A stretch of 64,000 nt of DNA from Hydrolagus colliei (taxonomy: Eukaryota), in the NCBI GenBank assembly GCA_035084275.1, contig CM068752.1, positions 7,688,001 to 7,752,000 of the forward strand, given 5' to 3'. Position numbers and translations under genes: made by a program. Positions within the stretch are counted from its first letter, which is position 1. Each line of letters opens with the position of its first letter. A model generated the notes under the pieces. The model did no database searches, was not told the origin of the DNA, and saw only the letters and a list, made by a program, of their open reading frames with translations. Of the stretch, positions 50,926-61,989 are shown one piece after another.

Positions 50926-53254
50926 CAAGGGAAAAGCGAGGTCAGGCTCAGTGGTCTGTTCGGTTCCAAAGACTTGTTGGTAAGAAAGTTGTGCGTCTGA
51001 CAGCCTGACATTCATTCGCTCTCATTGTTGCAACTGTAGCCACATCTGCTGCCCATTTACTGCCTGAGATCAGGTTTATGTGAAGCTTCAGACAATCGCT
51101 GTGCCTGGGTGGGGGAGGGGGGGGGGGGGTAACAGAGGGACAGAAACAAAGGGTGGGGTGGGAAGGGAGAAACCCCATTCATTCCAACCAGCCCACAGCT
51201 CCCAGCAGCAACAACAATTTCCATTTATATAGCCCCCCAGCCCCCTGACTCCCAGTAACATACAACAAATATAACCAGATATAACATAACAGCCAGTTAC
51301 AGGCTGTCCCTGCACACAGCTCAGCTCCAATTGTCTATATAGTGATTGCTGTGGCACCTCAGGCTGAGCAGGTTAATTTAAATTTGCCTGAATGTTGAAC
51401 CAGCAGATACACATTTCTCTCTCATTATAATGTGCTCCCTGGCAGCTCGACACTAACTAACTCCACACAGGTTCTGACCAGAGAGTGTAACTGTAGAGGG
51501 AGCTTTACTCTGTCTCTAACCCGTGCTGTCACTGACCTGGGAGTGTGGACGCACGGTGTGTGTGTGTGAGCTCTGATGAGAAGCTAACTGTGACATTAGA
51601 GCATCAGCTGCTATAGGGTTAAAGCACATATTGTGGCCCTGTGCGCATGAACACCTCTGTGTATTGAAGCTAAAGCCTGCCTCAGTATTCCCCTCTGCTA
51701 TATAACAGATTTATATTTCAAAGACTGTGGGAGAGTTGGGTCTTTCACTGTATTAAAGCTTCTGCCAGACTGACAGCAGAGCCAGAGCCCCAGAGAGACA
51801 AAGCCAGAACCAGAGAGAGAGAGAGAGGCAAAGCCAGGAGAGACCAGCACTTCATTCCTCTCCATACTCCCTCCGTTACCTTATCCCCAACTCCCACCCT
51901 CCCGGCTCAGCCTCATGCTCCACCACAGACTTGCGCCTTAGGACGCACGCTGCCCTGTGTGAGAGGCGCTGTGTAAACGTAAGTTATTGTTGCTGTTGTT
52001 GTGAAAGACAAAGCTAGGTTAGTGTTTTAGGTGTGAGCCGTGGTCAGGAATAGGTAGAGTCCAGCACCTGACTCTCTGTGTCTGAGCTGGAGTGTAGGCA
52101 GAGATGCGCAGTGATCAGGTTAAGAGAGCTAATCACTAACAAGATGATTATAACAGGGGGAGAGCGCGGGTAGCAAACAACATCAGTGTAGATTTTGCAG
52201 AGAACTGGACTGAAATTACCCAGCAAAGTACAGTTACATTACGAATAGCAGCCAGCTCGGGATCTGTGAAAAAAAATGCTGACAGTGGAACCTTCCAGAA
52301 GCTTTGTGTTACATGACTTCAGACATTAGGTATGACGGACAGTCTCTCAACTTCGCTCTGTGAAAAAGTTCCATTAAACTTCTGCAAAAGCAGTTTCAAC
52401 TGTTAATAAACCCTATGCATTTCAAATACCTTACAGGGATCCCAGTGACTTTAATGGTTGCTTTGTTATATACACAATTTATATTGCCTTTAGCTACGAA
52501 AACCTACATATCTTCCAAGTAAAGCATTCTAGAAACCAAATGGTTTAGTATGCGGCTCCGATGTGTACAATATATCAGGCGGGTTAATATTGCCCATTTA
52601 AAAAAGATAACATTCGTCATTTTGCCGCTTATTTGTGGGGGACGCTGCTGTGCACAATTGGCTGCCGCGTATTGGCCACAAATATATAGTCACTTCACTT
52701 TACAGTATATCCTGTGAAGCCCTTTGAGGCACAGTCTAGATAGAAGACGTGAAAAGTGCCATATCAAATGCAAGGATTATTTTATTTATTTAAAGTGGGT
52801 TGACTGACTATTTTGTGATAAGGCGCTCTATCCAATGGAAGGAATATTAATATTATTATTATTGTCTCTTACTTGGTCTTGATCGTGGTCAGTACTGACC
52901 TGTGTATCGCTCCGGAGCCCCAGCTCATGAATGGTAATGTGTTGTGAAAGTTGTTTTAAAATCCCCCTGAGAACTTAGTGCCAGTTGTTGATACGCAGCA
53001 TTCCTGCACAGTTTCTGTTGCTTCACAACAACATGTGGAATGAATTGTGAAGGTTTGACATTGAATCTATCAGATTTACACAACAGATGGAAATGGTAGA
53101 ACATTTTGTAATGTTTTCTCGATAGAGTCGAACCATGTGATTTTTCTTGCATAAGATGTTGTTTTTTAAAAAGCGAAAAGGAAACACATTTGTGACCTCA
53201 AACGGATCAATGGTGTGACAATTAATCACTAATAATAACTCACCAATTGGCCAA

Positions 53255-53931
53255 NNNNNNNNNNNNNNNNNNNNNNNNNNNNNNNNNNNNNNNNNNNNNN
53301 NNNNNNNNNNNNNNNNNNNNNNNNNNNNNNNNNNNNNNNNNNNNNNNNNNNNNNNNNNNNNNNNNNNNNNNNNNNNNNNNNNNNNNNNNNNNNNNNNNNN
53401 NNNNNNNNNNNNNNNNNNNNNNNNNNNNNNNNNNNNNNNNNNNNNNNNNNNNNNNNNNNNNNNNNNNNNNNNNNNNNNNNNNNNNNNNNNNNNNNNNNNN
53501 NNNNNNNNNNNNNNNNNNNNNNNNNNNNNNNNNNNNNNNNNNNNNNNNNNNNNNNNNNNNNNNNNNNNNNNNNNNNNNNNNNNNNNNNNNNNNNNNNNNN
53601 NNNNNNNNNNNNNNNNNNNNNNNNNNNNNNNNNNNNNNNNNNNNNNNNNNNNNNNNNNNNNNNNNNNNNNNNNNNNNNNNNNNNNNNNNNNNNNNNNNNN
53701 NNNNNNNNNNNNNNNNNNNNNNNNNNNNNNNNNNNNNNNNNNNNNNNNNNNNNNNNNNNNNNNNNNNNNNNNNNNNNNNNNNNNNNNNNNNNNNNNNNNN
53801 NNNNNNNNNNNNNNNNNNNNNNNNNNNNNNNNNNNNNNNNNNNNNNNNNNNNNNNNNNNNNNNNNNNNNNNNNNNNNNNNNNNNNNNNNNNNNNNNNNNN
53901 NNNNNNNNNNNNNNNNNNNNNNNNNNNNNNN
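53255..53931. other. Assembly gap (677 N)
   Basis: Run of N; the true size is unknown. Confidence 0.99.
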
Positions 53932-54479
53932 TGTGCGCAATTGGTTGCCGTGTTTCGCCCACATACGTACAGTCAATTCATTTCTCATATTCGCCCACAT
54001 ATATACAGTCAATTCACTTTACAGTACATTCTGTGAAGTGCTTGGAGATGTCTTAAACACATGAAAAGCGCTATATCAAATGCAAGGATTATGATTATAT
54101 TGTTATTTACAGTACATACAGTATTGTGAAGAGCTTTGTCGTTTAATGTGTGAGACAGAATCTTGGCCACTGGTTGATTGCAGACGTGAGAGCCCCTGAT
54201 CAGACAGTGAATGTTAATTGGTAAACGTTACAGCCGGTCTCTCTTATCCCGTCGTCGCCAGTAATATTTTAATTAACCTCAGATAAGCAGAGTGTTTAGA
54301 AGATCCTGTGATCCCGACTCTGTAATAATTCCAGGCTCCACATTCTAGCTGTTCCCAGGCGGCCTTGAGTTTGCCAGCGAGGCTCTGAGCCAAACACACC
54401 GTGCAGGAGCCAGGAACAATCCCCAGTCTGTATGGGGCTAGCTCATCTACACCCAGAGTCACAGCTCTGAATAAGAATA

Positions 54480-54855
54480 AGAATAAGAATCCTTAGATTT
54501 GGATTTCCCTTACCACATCTTCGAGACGCCTCAAAGCACTTCACAGAAGAGAAGGTAAAGCACACTGACTGTGTATTTTGGGGTTGAAATGCGGCAGCCA
54601 ATTGCGCACAGCTGTGTCCCACAAACAGTCGTGGGTCGAAATCACTCATTTATTATTATTATTTTGCTTTGAAGGAATTATTAACCCCGGAAAAGTGATC
54701 CGCCAATTGAATAACCACCGGGTTCCTACTTACTGCTAGGTAAACCGAGGAGTGTGGAGTAAGGAAACTTGCCCAACATTTCGCCCTGCCGGCAATGGAA
54801 TCCAGGTCGCTTGCTTGCGAGGGAGGCAAGTGCTCTAACCACTGAGCTACAGGAC
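54480..54855 (-). mobile_element. Near full-length DeuSINE-like SINE
   Basis: Head, core and tail present. Confidence 0.82.
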
Positions 54856-55089
54856 TATAACACGTGATCCATGTGTGTCACCCAGCTCACCCAACCAAAC
54901 CAGTCTGTCGATGTAACATATTAAAGATTTGTACTGGTGATGACATCTATAGCATTAAAACACATTTTTTACGTGTGTCTGCGTGTGTCTCAATTCTAAT
55001 CTCAGGCCTTTCTGGAATCTTTGGGCTGAGCTTGCATCCACTCCCTCAATAACAACAAGAACACCATCACAACCAACAGCACCACCACC

Positions 55090-55121
<32 letters not shown>

Positions 55122-56199
55122 ATTGCATTTATAAAGTGCCTTTCATGCCAGGAAGATGTCCCAAGGCGTTGGACACTGAGGGTTGAGAGAGGGAGGGGGT
55201 TGGGGGTAGGGCAAGGGATAAGAAGAGGAGGGAGGGTGACCAAAGGCATGGTCAAAACAGAGGATCTTGATACACAAACTGAACCCCAGCCCAGTGACAG
55301 CGCTGTCATTTCCTCACAGTTGTCTTGGTCGGAAGGTTGTGGGTTAAAGCCACGTCTGATGCAATGCTGTGGTTCCACGTGCAGCCACAAGAGGGAATTG
55401 TGTCATTTTGTTCACACCATTTAAAATCTTACTTAAGATTCTCTCTGAGGTGTCTCTGTGAGCTAACTTGTCTAATCATTATAAATAACAACCCTTGCAT
55501 TTCATACAGCGCTTTTTGCGCCTTCTAGTCGTCCCAAAGTGCTTCTCGGCATCTACTGTAAAATAGAGTGACTGTGAATTGTACGGGCGAACTGGCATGA
55601 CGTCTCAAAGCGCTGAACAGGATTTCACTGTGAAGTGTAGTGACTGTGTTAGCAGGCGAGCTGCACAGCGATATGTGTGTGTGTGTGTAAAGTGAGCACT
55701 GAAATATCTTGAAGTTAACACCGACGGGCATTGACATGCTTGCCCTGTTGTTGAGGATTGAGACACCAGGTGGCGCAGTTGATCAGGTGTAAGAGCTGAG
55801 GTGCGGTCACTATGTTCCTGGGAATTTCCATTTAATTTCTGCTCCCTGGGGAGATTCCTTAAGTTATAGATAACCACAGTCTGTGGAGACATCAGTATAA
55901 TATCTCACACAGTGCTCCAAACATCAAATAGCTCCAGCACTTTGCAGAAAACCACTGGCCAGTGTAGTGACTGTGTTTCTAGGCAAACACACAGCAGACC
56001 ATTCTGCATTATCTGGGGGATTGTTAGCCAGGACCAACCCCATCATGTGATCCGCCGATCAACCAGGTTGATTTGAGTTTTTGAGTGTGTTTCAACAATC
56101 AGGTTCCCACTTACCTGCCAGGGAAACAGAGATGTGGGGCACCACTGCCTGGTTCCCCTAATCCGCTGGCTCAGTCACTTACCCACTCTCGTCACTGGG

Positions 56200-56640
56200 T
56201 CATAACATTGTGGGATCATAGGCCTTCCCGGAGATGGGAAGAGAGAAGGTAGTTTCTCCCAATGTCCTCCAGATTATTTGATCATTTGGAGGGTGTGGAC
56301 AGGTTGACAGGGGGTTAGCAGGTCGCGATGGTAGGGTGGAGCAAGGCCTTGGAGGGCTTTAAAGGTGAGGACCAGGATCCTGAATTAAAATCCTGTGATT
56401 GATGGGGAGCCAATGGAGTCGGGCGAGAATGGGGGAGATGGGGTCACGGAGCCTTGTACGGTAGAGGAAACGGGCCACAGAATTCTGGATGATCTGCAGT
56501 CTATCGAGGGATGGGTTGGCCAACAAGCAGGACATTGGCTTAGTCGAGCCTGGGCGCAATGAAGGCGTGAAAGAGAATTTCAGCGGCCTGATGGGTGAGG
56601 TAGTGGTGGAGTTGGGCAATGTTGTGGAGGTGAGGGAAGA
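56200..56640 (-). mobile_element. L2 LINE ORF2 C-terminal fragment
   Basis: LQIIQNSVARFLYRTRLRDPISPILARLHWLPINHRI matches the L2 consensus LQ..QN.AAR......HITP.L..LHWLP. Confidence 0.85.
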
Positions 56641-58821
56641 CACAGATTTACACACACACACACATAGTCACACACAGAGACCCAGATCAGATGTTTCCTG
56701 TTTGTCTGGATGTCCCGTTTCATCCACACGGTGCCTCAATCTCAGCGCTTTCTGTGGAAATGATGAAGTTTGCAATTTCACATCCCCTTTTCTCAGCCCA
56801 AATTTCCCTGTGGTTTATGGGTTAGGCATCTGACACACGATCGCACAATGCCTGTCCATTGACCTGACACAAGCTGTATGTGTGTGTGTGTGTGTGTGAG
56901 TGCAAGTGTAAAGCGCTCTAAGATGTGTGAGTGTGTCTCCACTGGCCAGTTCCTCATTCTTGTGCAATAAACCTAGGATATGATAACACCGTTTGTTTCT
57001 AATGTTATTACCCATTGTTTGTGTGCGCAGGTGCGTGTGTGAGTGATTGTCTGTGTCCTGTCAGTATGTGTATATATATCTGGGTACAGACAGCGGTATA
57101 TCTGTGTGAGTAGATAGTGTGTGTGTGTCTGTGAAGACGGTGTGTGTGAGTAGGCAGTGTGTGTGTGTATGTGTGGACAGAGAGTGTATCTGAGAGACAT
57201 CCAGGTATGTTGAAATCTCAGTATTTATTTTCATTTAAAAGCTGAAGCAGCTTCTTGTTAAAATTGCCCATGATTAAAAGCGAGAAATCTTTAAAGTAAA
57301 CAGATAATAAAGCGATCAGAACAAACCCAGCGGGGCCCAACTAATCAGTGAACGGAATTTCTCCATGTCTGTCTGTCTCTGTGCCTGTCTGTGTTGGTCT
57401 GAATGTGTCTGTCAGTCTCTGTGTCTGTCTGTCGTTGACTTTTAGACCCAGTTTCCCCTGGTTCATGTATGACTGAACTACAGGAGGAGGCTGGTTGGCT
57501 GTGATGTGTTCTGCTGTGTTGTCAGAGCTGTGGATTTCAGACTCAGAGATTCCCCTCAAAATCCCCCTCCTCCTCCCCACAACAGGCTCATCGTGTCTGT
57601 GCCATGTCCTTTAAGAGAAAACCCTCAGTCCTGTGGACCCACCTATCCCCATCTTCTCTTCCTGGCTGTTTAAAGTGTCCCGTTCGCACTCACCCAACTC
57701 GCTTTCAGTTCCTCTGAAAACTTCATACACCAAACCCACCCAACCCCAGGAGATGACCACAGCTTCTGCTCTGATCTGCCCCATTCCCCGTCTCACACAA
57801 ACAGATAAGACAGGAACAGTCTGACATGGCTGAATGGTCTGCTCCTGTTCCTATGTCCCAGATAGACGCAGCCTCGCTGGTTCATTCCCTTCACTCAAAC
57901 TCCACACAGCCATCAACACAGAACACAAGCACCTGAATGCTGTCTCCCTCTCCCTGCTCAGTGAGTGTCTGTCAGCCTCAGCTGAACTTGTCATGGAAAC
58001 CAGAGGTTGGGATGATCAGAGGTCAGGACACAATGTTTTTTTAGATGTTTTATTTCTAGTGTCAGGGTTTGTGGCTGGGTTGGGAGATATTTCAGTTCGT
58101 AAATGGTGACCGTTCATTGATAGGCACACAGACTGATGGGTTTCCACACACATAGGACCCCCAAACCTTCCCCCAAACCAGTAGCTTTGACTTCCACACA
58201 ACCGCCACCCCCTACTCACTATCCCAGCAAAACATCAGTATAAACCCCATTCCCCCCCGCCCACTCCCCCTCAAAGGTAGCAGGTGAAGAAACAGAAACA
58301 GTGCCTTAGCAAATTGATTATCAAGAAAGTAAATTGATTTTAAAAAAAAGGGAACTGAACAATAACAGCCACCAGCACAGCCACAGCTGGGTGGGGGGTG
58401 GGGTGGGCGAGGTCAGAGCGAGGTGGGTGAATGAGAGGGTGCAGGGAGAGGGTGGAGGGAGGGAGGGAGGGAGGGAGGGGATGAACAATGTCAGGTGAAC
58501 TCAAAGAGGTAAAGACTCCTGGTTTTAAGATCAGCAAAGAATCTAAACTGAATGATTTGGCTGTAAGGGGATGGCATTACAATGGCTACTCCACTGGTGG
58601 GCGGTGAGTGACGCTTAGGGTTTGTGGCTATGGCTGAGAGACGGGAACTGCTCTGTGATCCCGGGAAGGCTGTTTTGTTGACAGTGAGGTGACCGGGGAG
58701 AGAGGGGGATTGACTGAGGTGTGAGGAGGGGTGGGAGAGGTGAAGGGGTCATCCCGCTGTGTCTTGGCCAGGCTGATGCTGTTGATTGTTCGGTTCCGAT
58801 TGTTCGCCTCTTTTGCTAAAG

Positions 58822-58827
58822 TTTATT
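58822..58827 (-). terminator. Candidate CD74 polyadenylation signal AATAAA
   Basis: About 220 nt downstream of the predicted stop. Another minus-strand AATAAA lies at 57224-57229. Confidence 0.45.
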
Positions 58828-59044
58828 TTCAAACAAATCAATAAAAGCGATTAAAAGCGATGAATGTGCGGTTATTGCTAGAAGCAGCTCCAGCGAAGCC
58901 TTGAGTCATATCCTTGGCTGCTTCAGTTTCCTGTAAAACAGAACATGTCAGATCGACTGGGTTCATTATAAACCTGCCCTCTCCTTCGTGCATGTCTGCT
59001 CTCTGTGTGTGTGTGTATGTGTGCATGTTTAAGTATGCGTGTGT

Positions 59045-59061
59045 CTAAGTGAGAGTGTGCT
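59045..59061 (-). CDS. CD74: CD74 last coding exon: (K)HTLT-stop; summed CDS 972 nt, 323 aa
   Basis: Acceptor ctgttattgtccatag|AG; short terminal exon like mammalian CD74; AATAAA on the minus strand at 58822-58827. Confidence 0.5.
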
Positions 59062-59150
59062 CTATGGACAATAACAGTGGAGCAGAACAAGCGAGCGAGT
59101 GAGTGAGGGAGTGAGTGACCAAGGGAGTGACTGAGTGAGGGAGATGTCAC

Positions 59151-59198
59151 TCAAATAAGACAGGCTGGAGGTGGGCAGATCCTCGGGGTCTGTGTTAT
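59151..59198 (-). CDS. CD74: CD74 penultimate exon (48 nt): (H)NTDPEDLPTSSLSYL
   Basis: Good acceptor ctctctggttgttag|AT and an acidic C-terminal peptide in frame; the donor A|gtgaca is weak. Confidence 0.62.
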   Translation of the reverse strand: MTQTPRICPPPACLI

Positions 59199-59650
59199 CT
59201 AACAACCAGAGAGAGACGGTCAGACACTGGTTACACATGTCAGACACCCCCGAGAGAGAGAACTGGGCTGGAGAGGAGCCAACAGGCACGAAGGGAGAGG
59301 GGGGAGGAGAGGAGTGAGGGAAGGAGAGGAAGAGGGGTGGTGGGGGAGGAGAGGGAGGAGAGGGAGGGAGAGGGGAGCTGCCCAGTGTAAGAGGGACGGG
59401 TGTGGGAGGGAACGAGTATGAGATAGCAACAAAAACACAGCAAATAGGACAGTGGCCACAGATGCTTACATTCCGTTCAACTCCCCGAAACACGGAAAGT
59501 TGGGGGGAAGGGGCCTAGCAGCTGCTCCCCCTGTCCTGTCTCAATTCCACTCCCTACTCCCCCTTTCTCCCTCGCGCCCCTTCCTCCTGCACCGCCGCCC
59601 CCCCCCCCCCCCCCCCCCCCGCCTGAGGAGAGGTGCTGATTGTCACGTAC

Positions 59651-59851
59651 GTTCGCAGTGGATTGGTTGTCCTCGGACACGGGTGCCAGGGATCTCACTG
59701 CCGTCGAGCTGGACACACCAGCAGTAGTTGGTGCTGGCATGGCACTGCACTGCTGTGTAGTCACCGTTCTGGTCACAGGTTGGCCGATAAGCACCAGGAA
59801 ATGGCTTGGTCGATTCACGCACATGCTGACAGTTTGTCTTGGCCGGAATCG
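59651..59851 (-). CDS. CD74: CD74 thyroglobulin type-1 domain exon (201 nt, phase 1-1; p41-type cathepsin L inhibitor domain)
   Basis: TNC...GAYRPTCDQNGDYTAVQCHASTNYCWCVQLDGSEIPGTRVRGQPIHC shows the six-Cys Tg-1 pattern with CWCV; canonical splice sites. Confidence 0.95.
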
Positions 59852-60030
59852 CTGGCCGGAGAGAAGGCAACAGGCTCAGTGGGGAGCGCGGGCGAGGGAG
59901 TGTGAGACACAGAAAGCATGTGTGAGGAATGCGTAATAATAATGATGTCTACGAGATTATCAGAAGTGAGCGTGTGCCAGTGGCCAGTGAATGCTGTGTA
60001 ATGAAGGCTGTGTCAACCTGGGCTTTATAC

Positions 60031-60132
60031 CTTTCACCATCTTGACCTCAGCAGGGGCGGCTGTGACTTCATTGATGGTGGCCAGGGCCATTGGCTTGAA
60101 CATCATACTGGAGATCATCTTCCTTCCTCCAC
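60031..60132 (-). CDS. CD74: CD74 extra linker exon (102 nt, phase 1-1): (G)GRKMISSMMFKPMALATINEVTAAPAEVKMVK; no mammalian counterpart
   Basis: Acceptor ccctgtgacag|GT, donor AAG|gtataa; open and frame-preserving between exon 6 and the thyroglobulin exon. Confidence 0.78.
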
Positions 60133-60169
60133 CTGTCACAGGGCAACCGTCAGGAGCAGCCAACATCCA

Positions 60170-60402
60170 ACCCAACTTCACCCAACTCATCTACATCCTA
60201 ACCCATTACACCCAAAACCCAACTACACTCAACCCACTTACACCCAAAACCCACCTACACTCAACCCACTTACACCCAACCACACCCTAACCTACCTACA
60301 CCCAATCCAAATACACCCTAACCCACCTACACCCCAACCCACCTACACCCTTAACCCAAATAAACCAAACCCACCTACACCCTTAACCCAACTATACCCC
60401 TA
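60170..60402 (+). repeat. Degenerate minisatellite (about 15-16 nt unit, aacccacctacaccc) in the CD74 intron before the extra linker exon
   Basis: Seen directly. Confidence 0.8.
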
Positions 60403-60557
60403 TCATCAGGTGGTTGGCAATTGCTGCCCAACAACAGACTTCATAGTGGGGGTTAAGGGAAGGGAATGTGGCAGAGCGGTGTTAGGGTATTGGGGGGGAT
60501 AATGAGGGGGCCAGGAGAGTGTAGCTGAGGGAGAGTGTCTGTGATGGGATGTCCTAC

Positions 60558-60657
60558 CTTGGGCTTTGGGCCGTGGGGCGACGGTGGAGCTGATTTTGGG
60601 CTGATGTTCCTGGGTCAGTTGGAACATAAGCCAGTTGCGAAGCCAAGTCTCAAACTC
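60558..60657 (-). CDS. CD74: CD74 exon 6 (100 nt): EFETWLRNWLMFQLTQEHQPKISSTVAPRPKAQ
   Basis: FE.W...WL.F motif of the CD74 trimerisation domain; tttgcag|G and AAG|gtagga; ends in phase 1. Confidence 0.92.
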
Positions 60658-60753
60658 CTGCAAATAAAGCAATGCTCATTAAAGTCCGTGAAGAGATGGG
60701 AGGTGGGGTGGGGACGACAGAACCCTCTCTGTAACCAACAGCGCGTCTCTCAC

Positions 60754-60849
60754 CTTCCACACGGGCTCCTCCACATTGTCGCGCAGGGTCCTCAGGTTAC
60801 TGAACAGCGTCCCCTTCAGCTTTGGCAGCTCCTGGGTCAAGTTCTCTTT
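60754..60849 (-). CDS. CD74: CD74 exon 5 (96 nt): KENLTQELPKLKGTLFSNLRTLRDNVEEPVWK
   Basis: Matches the trimerisation-domain pattern P.LKGS/T...NL..L......WK; 96 nt; canonical splice sites. Confidence 0.92.
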
Positions 60850-61036
60850 CTGAGGAACGGAAACATAGTGAGTGAGTGGGTGACATTATCAGCAGACCCC
60901 AACTCCAACCCCCAGCCCACCCCAACCTCCAGCCCTGCCCCTCAAACCCCAGCCCTTCCATCCCAACCCTGCTCCCAACCCCCAGAACAGCCCGCCACTG
61001 TCCCCTTCCCCCAGTCCCTCCCACTGTACCACTCAC

Positions 61037-61093
61037 CTTCAGCAGCTCCTCGATCTCTTGCACCAGTGTGAGGGGTGGGGCCTGGGTCGGGGT
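61037..61093 (-). CDS. CD74: CD74 exon 4 (57 nt): TPTQAPPLTLVQEIEELLK
   Basis: Phase 0-0 exon with tttcacag|A and AAG|gtgagt; first helix of the trimerisation domain. Confidence 0.88.
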
Positions 61094-61407
61094 CTGTGAA
61101 ACAATGACAAATGATAATTGGTCGTGTGTAGTGGGGTGCGGGAGGCACCGCGTGAACTCCAGAGTCAGGTAGCGCTGGGGGGTGGTGGGGAGGGGAGGAG
61201 TCTTGTCACCACGGTAGCACCATGCGTGGCCCCCACCCCTACCCCCACCCAGTGCCAGTCGTGTCCTCGTTTACCCCCACCCCGGCCCCCAACCCTCCTC
61301 CCCCTCAGATGATGGATGGCACAGACAGGTGGACACAGAGACCAGAGGCCCCATCCCAGCTTCCCCCCCGCCCGCCCCACCTCCCCACCTCACAACACAG
61401 CCCATAC

Positions 61408-61487
61408 CTTTGATGTCTCGGGATCTGGGAGGTCGTACATCATGGGTATGTTCATCATGGGACGCAGGCGCATAATGGGTCTGGGTC
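61408..61487 (-). CDS. CD74: CD74 exon 3 (80 nt): CLIP region (R)PRPIMRLRPMMNIPMMYDLPDPETSK
   Basis: Met/Pro-rich CLIP-like peptide; 80 nt like mammalian exon 3; ttctgtgcag|GA and AAG|gtatgg splice sites. Confidence 0.9.
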
Positions 61488-61813
61488 CTGCACAGAAAGA
61501 GAGGAAGCTCATTATCTTCAGCCTCAGCCCAAACCTCCCACCCCATTCCCTGATGCCAACCCCGCCCAACTCAGGAGGAAAATCCCTCCTAGTCCAGTGC
61601 CTTGGGACGTCCTCCCAACGTGGAAAGCATTGTGTAAACGCAATCTGCTATTGTGATAATAATAACTGGCATTGGATATCACTTCTTATCATGTCACCCG
61701 AGACATCTCTCAAAGCGCTTCGAAGAATCTACCGTGAAGTGTTGCGATTGTGTATTTTGTGGGTGAAACGCATTGCGGTGCGGGCTGGTGTCTGTGCCGT
61801 GTGGATGACCTAC

Positions 61814-61989
61814 TGGACTGGGCTGCGGAGTTCTTGTTACGGATCTCAGTGGTAGTTTTCTGCAGGTCAGTGATCTTGTCCTGTTGTTTCATGAGGAACA
61901 TGACACTAACCACTTGGCCAGCGATGAGCAGGACTCCCAGGATTGTCACCCCGGTCCACAGGAGGCCGCGGGAACATCCTCCGCCACCG
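61814..61989 (-). CDS. CD74: CD74 exon 2 (176 nt): transmembrane segment (S)GGGGCSRGLLWTGVTILGVLLIAGQVVSVMFLMKQQDKITDLQKTTTEIRNKNSAAQS
   Basis: Conserved CSRG...L.AGQ...Q..LQ pattern of the CD74 transmembrane region. Acceptor ccccacag|C, donor A|gtaggt. Confidence 0.93.

Noticed and set aside
53023-54056. ORFs of 240-329 aa in the track
   Set aside because: Artefacts of translating through the N gap.
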